From Caecitellus pseudoparvulus (taxonomy: Eukaryota > Protista > Bigyra: Bicosoecida), in the NCBI GenBank assembly GCA_965644315.1, contig CBFFRQ010000057.1, positions 372,001 to 436,000 on the forward strand: DNA of 64,000 bases, given 5' to 3'. The position numbers were made by a program, and so were the translations under genes. Position 1 is the first letter of the stretch, and every line of letters starts with the position of its first letter. Positions 61,771 to 64,000 of this stretch are shown piece after piece. Below the pieces are notes generated by a model. The model was not told the DNA's origin. It made no database searches and saw only the letters and a program-made list of their open reading frames with translations.

Positions 61771-64000
61771 TCAAGGCCAACGCTTCATGCGCGTGAGGGT
61801 GGCAATGGCAGCGTCGTGGCCTTGCTCTGCTGCCGCTCTCCACCACCGCAGCGCCTCTTCAAAATGGCGCGGTGTGCCCTTGCCATTTCGAAGCAATGTC
61901 CCATAGGCAAATTGGCCACCTGCATGGCCTTGCTCTGCGGATGCTTTGAGCCAGCGAGCTGCTTGTCGGACATCTCGAGGTACTCCTTTGCCGAACTTGT
62001 ACAAGGTGCCAAGTTGGAACTGTCCCTGGGCATCGCCCTGCTTTGCTGCAGCTTCATACCAGCGGGCTGCCTCTGCATCATTTCGCTCCGTTCCCTTCCC
62101 ATGCCTGAAGGCGTCTCCGAGGCTGCTTTGGCCGCCAGCATGCCCCTGCTCTGCCGCTGCTTGAAAGCACTCCAGCGCCTGCGCTGCGCTTCGCCGCACT
62201 CCCTTTCCTTTCGAGAACATCAAGCCAAGTTTGAAGTGGCCCTCAGCGACTCCCTTCTCTGCGACAAGCCTGTACCAATGCACTGCTCGCTTCAAATCCT
62301 TTTTGACCCCACGCCCGGCTTTGTACATGTCTCCAAGTAGGCACTGGGCCTCCACTTCCCCTTTTTCTGCAGCCTCCTTGAGCAGGCGAACTGCCTCAGC
62401 CTCATCCTGCGCCACCCCTTGGGCTTGCAAGTACAATTTGGCAAGATGGCACTGCGCCAGGGCATCTCCCATCCCCGCTGCTTCTTGAAGGTATCGTGCA
62501 CCTTCCTTCGCAGTGTCCCCTTGGCCATCTTTCTGCGTGTGCATGCAGCCGAGGAAGGTCTTGGCCCTCACATGCCCTTGCTTCGCTGCTGCCTTAAACC
62601 AACGCAACGCAACAGCGTCATCCTGGGGCACGCCATATCCGTGCTTGTACATGGTGCCCAAGCTGCACTGCCCATCGGCATTGCCCAAAAGCGCTGCAGC
62701 TCTGAAGCACCGCACTGCCTCGCTGTCACTTTGAGATACGCACGACCCAGCCCTGTACATGTCCCCCATGGCAACGTGTCCACCTGCATGCCCTAGCTCT
62801 GCTGCAGCTGCGTAGAGCTCAAATGCCCTTTGAGGATTACGCTTTACTCCCCAGCCGTTGCTGTACATGGTCGCAAAGTTGAACAGCCCGTCGCTGTACC
62901 TCTGCTCTGCGGCAGCTCGGTACCACCGCACTGCTTCCTTCACATCTTTCCATGTTCCGTGTCCATGACAGAATGCATCACCCAGCTTGCACTGTCCCTC
63001 TGGGTCCCCCTGTTCGGCTGCTGCCCGGTACCAACGTAGCGCTTCAGCCTCATCCTGTGCGATTCCGGTGCCTCCAGCGTACGCATCTCCAAGCGCAACC
63101 TGCCCACCAGAATGTCCCTGCTCTGCAGCTGCCCTGAAGAGGCGGAGCGCTTCACTTTCGTCCTGGCAGACACCAGTGCCAGTCTTGTACATGTCCCCCA
63201 GGCTCACTTGCGCGTCTGCAAGTCCCTGCTCCGCAGCAGCAACGAACCAGCGGTGAGCCTCAGCGTGGTCTTGGGACACACCCTGGCCAAGTCTGTGCAT
63301 GCAGCCAATGTGCCACTGACTGACAGCATCGCCCTTTTCAGCTGCCCTTCGGTACCACTCCGCAGCCTCTGTCCGGTTCTTCGCGGAGCCGGGGCCGTGC
63401 TCCAACATGATGCCCAGCTTTCGCTGAGCCTCAATGAGCCCCTGCTCAGCTGCGGCCCTAAACCACTTAACTGCTGCGGGTAGGTCTTGCATACCTCCAG
63501 TTCCATCCCTGAAGCTGTCTCCTAAAGCAAGCTGCGCTGCAGCGTGTCCTTGGGCTGCTGCCGCCTCGAACCATTGACGTGCACGGCCAGCATCCCGAAC
63601 CCCGCCAATCCCCTCTCCGTACATCTTTCCAAGACAATGCTGCGCTGCTGCTTGACCTTGCTCAGCCATGGAAACAAGCTCGGGGACAACGTCCGCGTTG
63701 CCTTGTTGTGCCATGGAAGCCAAGCTCTCCAAGGCGTCCGCCTGGCCTTGACGTGCAAGCGCCCAAAGTTGCTGCAATGCATCCCCATGTCCCTGCTCTG
63801 CCGCAGCCAAGAACAGGCGCGCTGCACTTGCGCAATCGTGAGCCACTCCATCGCCGCGCATGTGCGCGTCGGCCAAGAGGAACTGGCAAGAGGCATTCCC
63901 TTGCTGGGCAGCAACTTTGAGCCAGTGGCAACCCTCGGCGGCATTCTTCCTTATGCCCACTCCGTGACAAAGCATCCCAGCAAGCTCTAAGCAGTCCACC
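61771..64000 (-). CDS. Sel1-like repeat (SLR) protein, 5' truncated by the window edge
   Basis: About 19 tandem 36-aa repeats, consensus AQ..LG.MY..G.GV.QD..EA.RW(Y/F)RAAAEQGH. Confidence 0.93.
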   Translation of the reverse strand, partial: VDCLELAGMLCHGVGIRKNAAEGCHWLKVAAQQGNASCQFLLADAHMRGDGVAHDCASAARLFLAAAEQGHGDALQQLWALARQGQADALESLASMAQQGNADVVPELVSMAEQGQAAAQHCLGKMYGEGIGGVRDAGRARQWFEAAAAQGHAAAQLALGDSFRDGTGGMQDLPAAVKWFRAAAEQGLIEAQRKLGIMLEHGPGSAKNRTEAAEWYRRAAEKGDAVSQWHIGCMHRLGQGVSQDHAEAHRWFVAAAEQGLADAQVSLGDMYKTGTGVCQDESEALRLFRAAAEQGHSGGQVALGDAYAGGTGIAQDEAEALRWYRAAAEQGDPEGQCKLGDAFCHGHGTWKDVKEAVRWYRAAAEQRYSDGLFNFATMYSNGWGVKRNPQRAFELYAAAAELGHAGGHVAMGDMYRAGSCVSQSDSEAVRCFRAAALLGNADGQCSLGTMYKHGYGVPQDDAVALRWFKAAAKQGHVRAKTFLGCMHTQKDGQGDTAKEGARYLQEAAGMGDALAQCHLAKLYLQAQGVAQDEAEAVRLLKEAAEKGEVEAQCLLGDMYKAGRGVKKDLKRAVHWYRLVAEKGVAEGHFKLGLMFSKGKGVRRSAAQALECFQAAAEQGHAGGQSSLGDAFRHGKGTERNDAEAARWYEAAAKQGDAQGQFQLGTLYKFGKGVPRDVRQAARWLKASAEQGHAGGQFAYGTLLRNGKGTPRHFEEALRWWRAAAEQGHDAAIATLTRMKRWP

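Noticed and set aside
1-64000. Hundreds of overlapping or antisense ORFs of 60-450 aa in the ORF track (e.g. 17104-18378, 22262-23545, 37885-39159, 40693-42045, 46473-47642)
   Set aside because: These are shadow ORFs, expected in high-GC coding DNA. They have no motifs and lie opposite or out of frame with well-supported genes.
61771-64000. Periodic DNA similarity resembling a CRISPR array or satellite
   Set aside because: It is the 108-bp periodicity of Sel1 protein repeats in an open frame, with no repeat-spacer structure.
1-64000. Alternative genetic code, stop readthrough or poly(A)-created stops
   Set aside because: All conserved genes translate with the standard code and end in encoded TGA, TAA or TAG. 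Apparent frame breaks are explained by GT-AG introns.

Overview
Gene-dense, GC-rich nuclear DNA from a eukaryotic microbe. It has short GT-AG introns and intergenic gaps as small as 14 bp. The style resembles a heterotrophic stramenopile-type flagellate, which is an inference. I can support 26 protein-coding genes: an MRH-domain receptor, kinesin, ferlin, an EF-hand protein, VPS52, a pseudokinase/multi-SPRY protein, FKBP15-like, DAP3/mS29, a mitochondrial carrier, PanC, mitochondrial AsnRS, CTL/SLC44, an AVT-type amino acid transporter, mucolipin, an AAA ATPase, NAF1, SDHC, SDHD, SDHB, a pseudo-rhomboid, ankyrin and Sel1 repeat proteins, and four orphans. Two results stand out. (1) The hexamer AATGCA lies on the sense strand at or within about 65 nt after the stop codon of 21 of the 26 genes. 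In five convergent gene pairs it is fused into one palindrome, AATGCATT, that can serve both strands. This is a candidate non-canonical, bidirectional 3'-end/polyadenylation signal. (2) SDHC, SDHD and SDHB form a tight nuclear cluster with an unannotated, spliced 110-aa orphan gene embedded in it. No RNA genes, CRISPR arrays or mobile elements were recognised. Gene models were built by eye and some start codons are uncertain.
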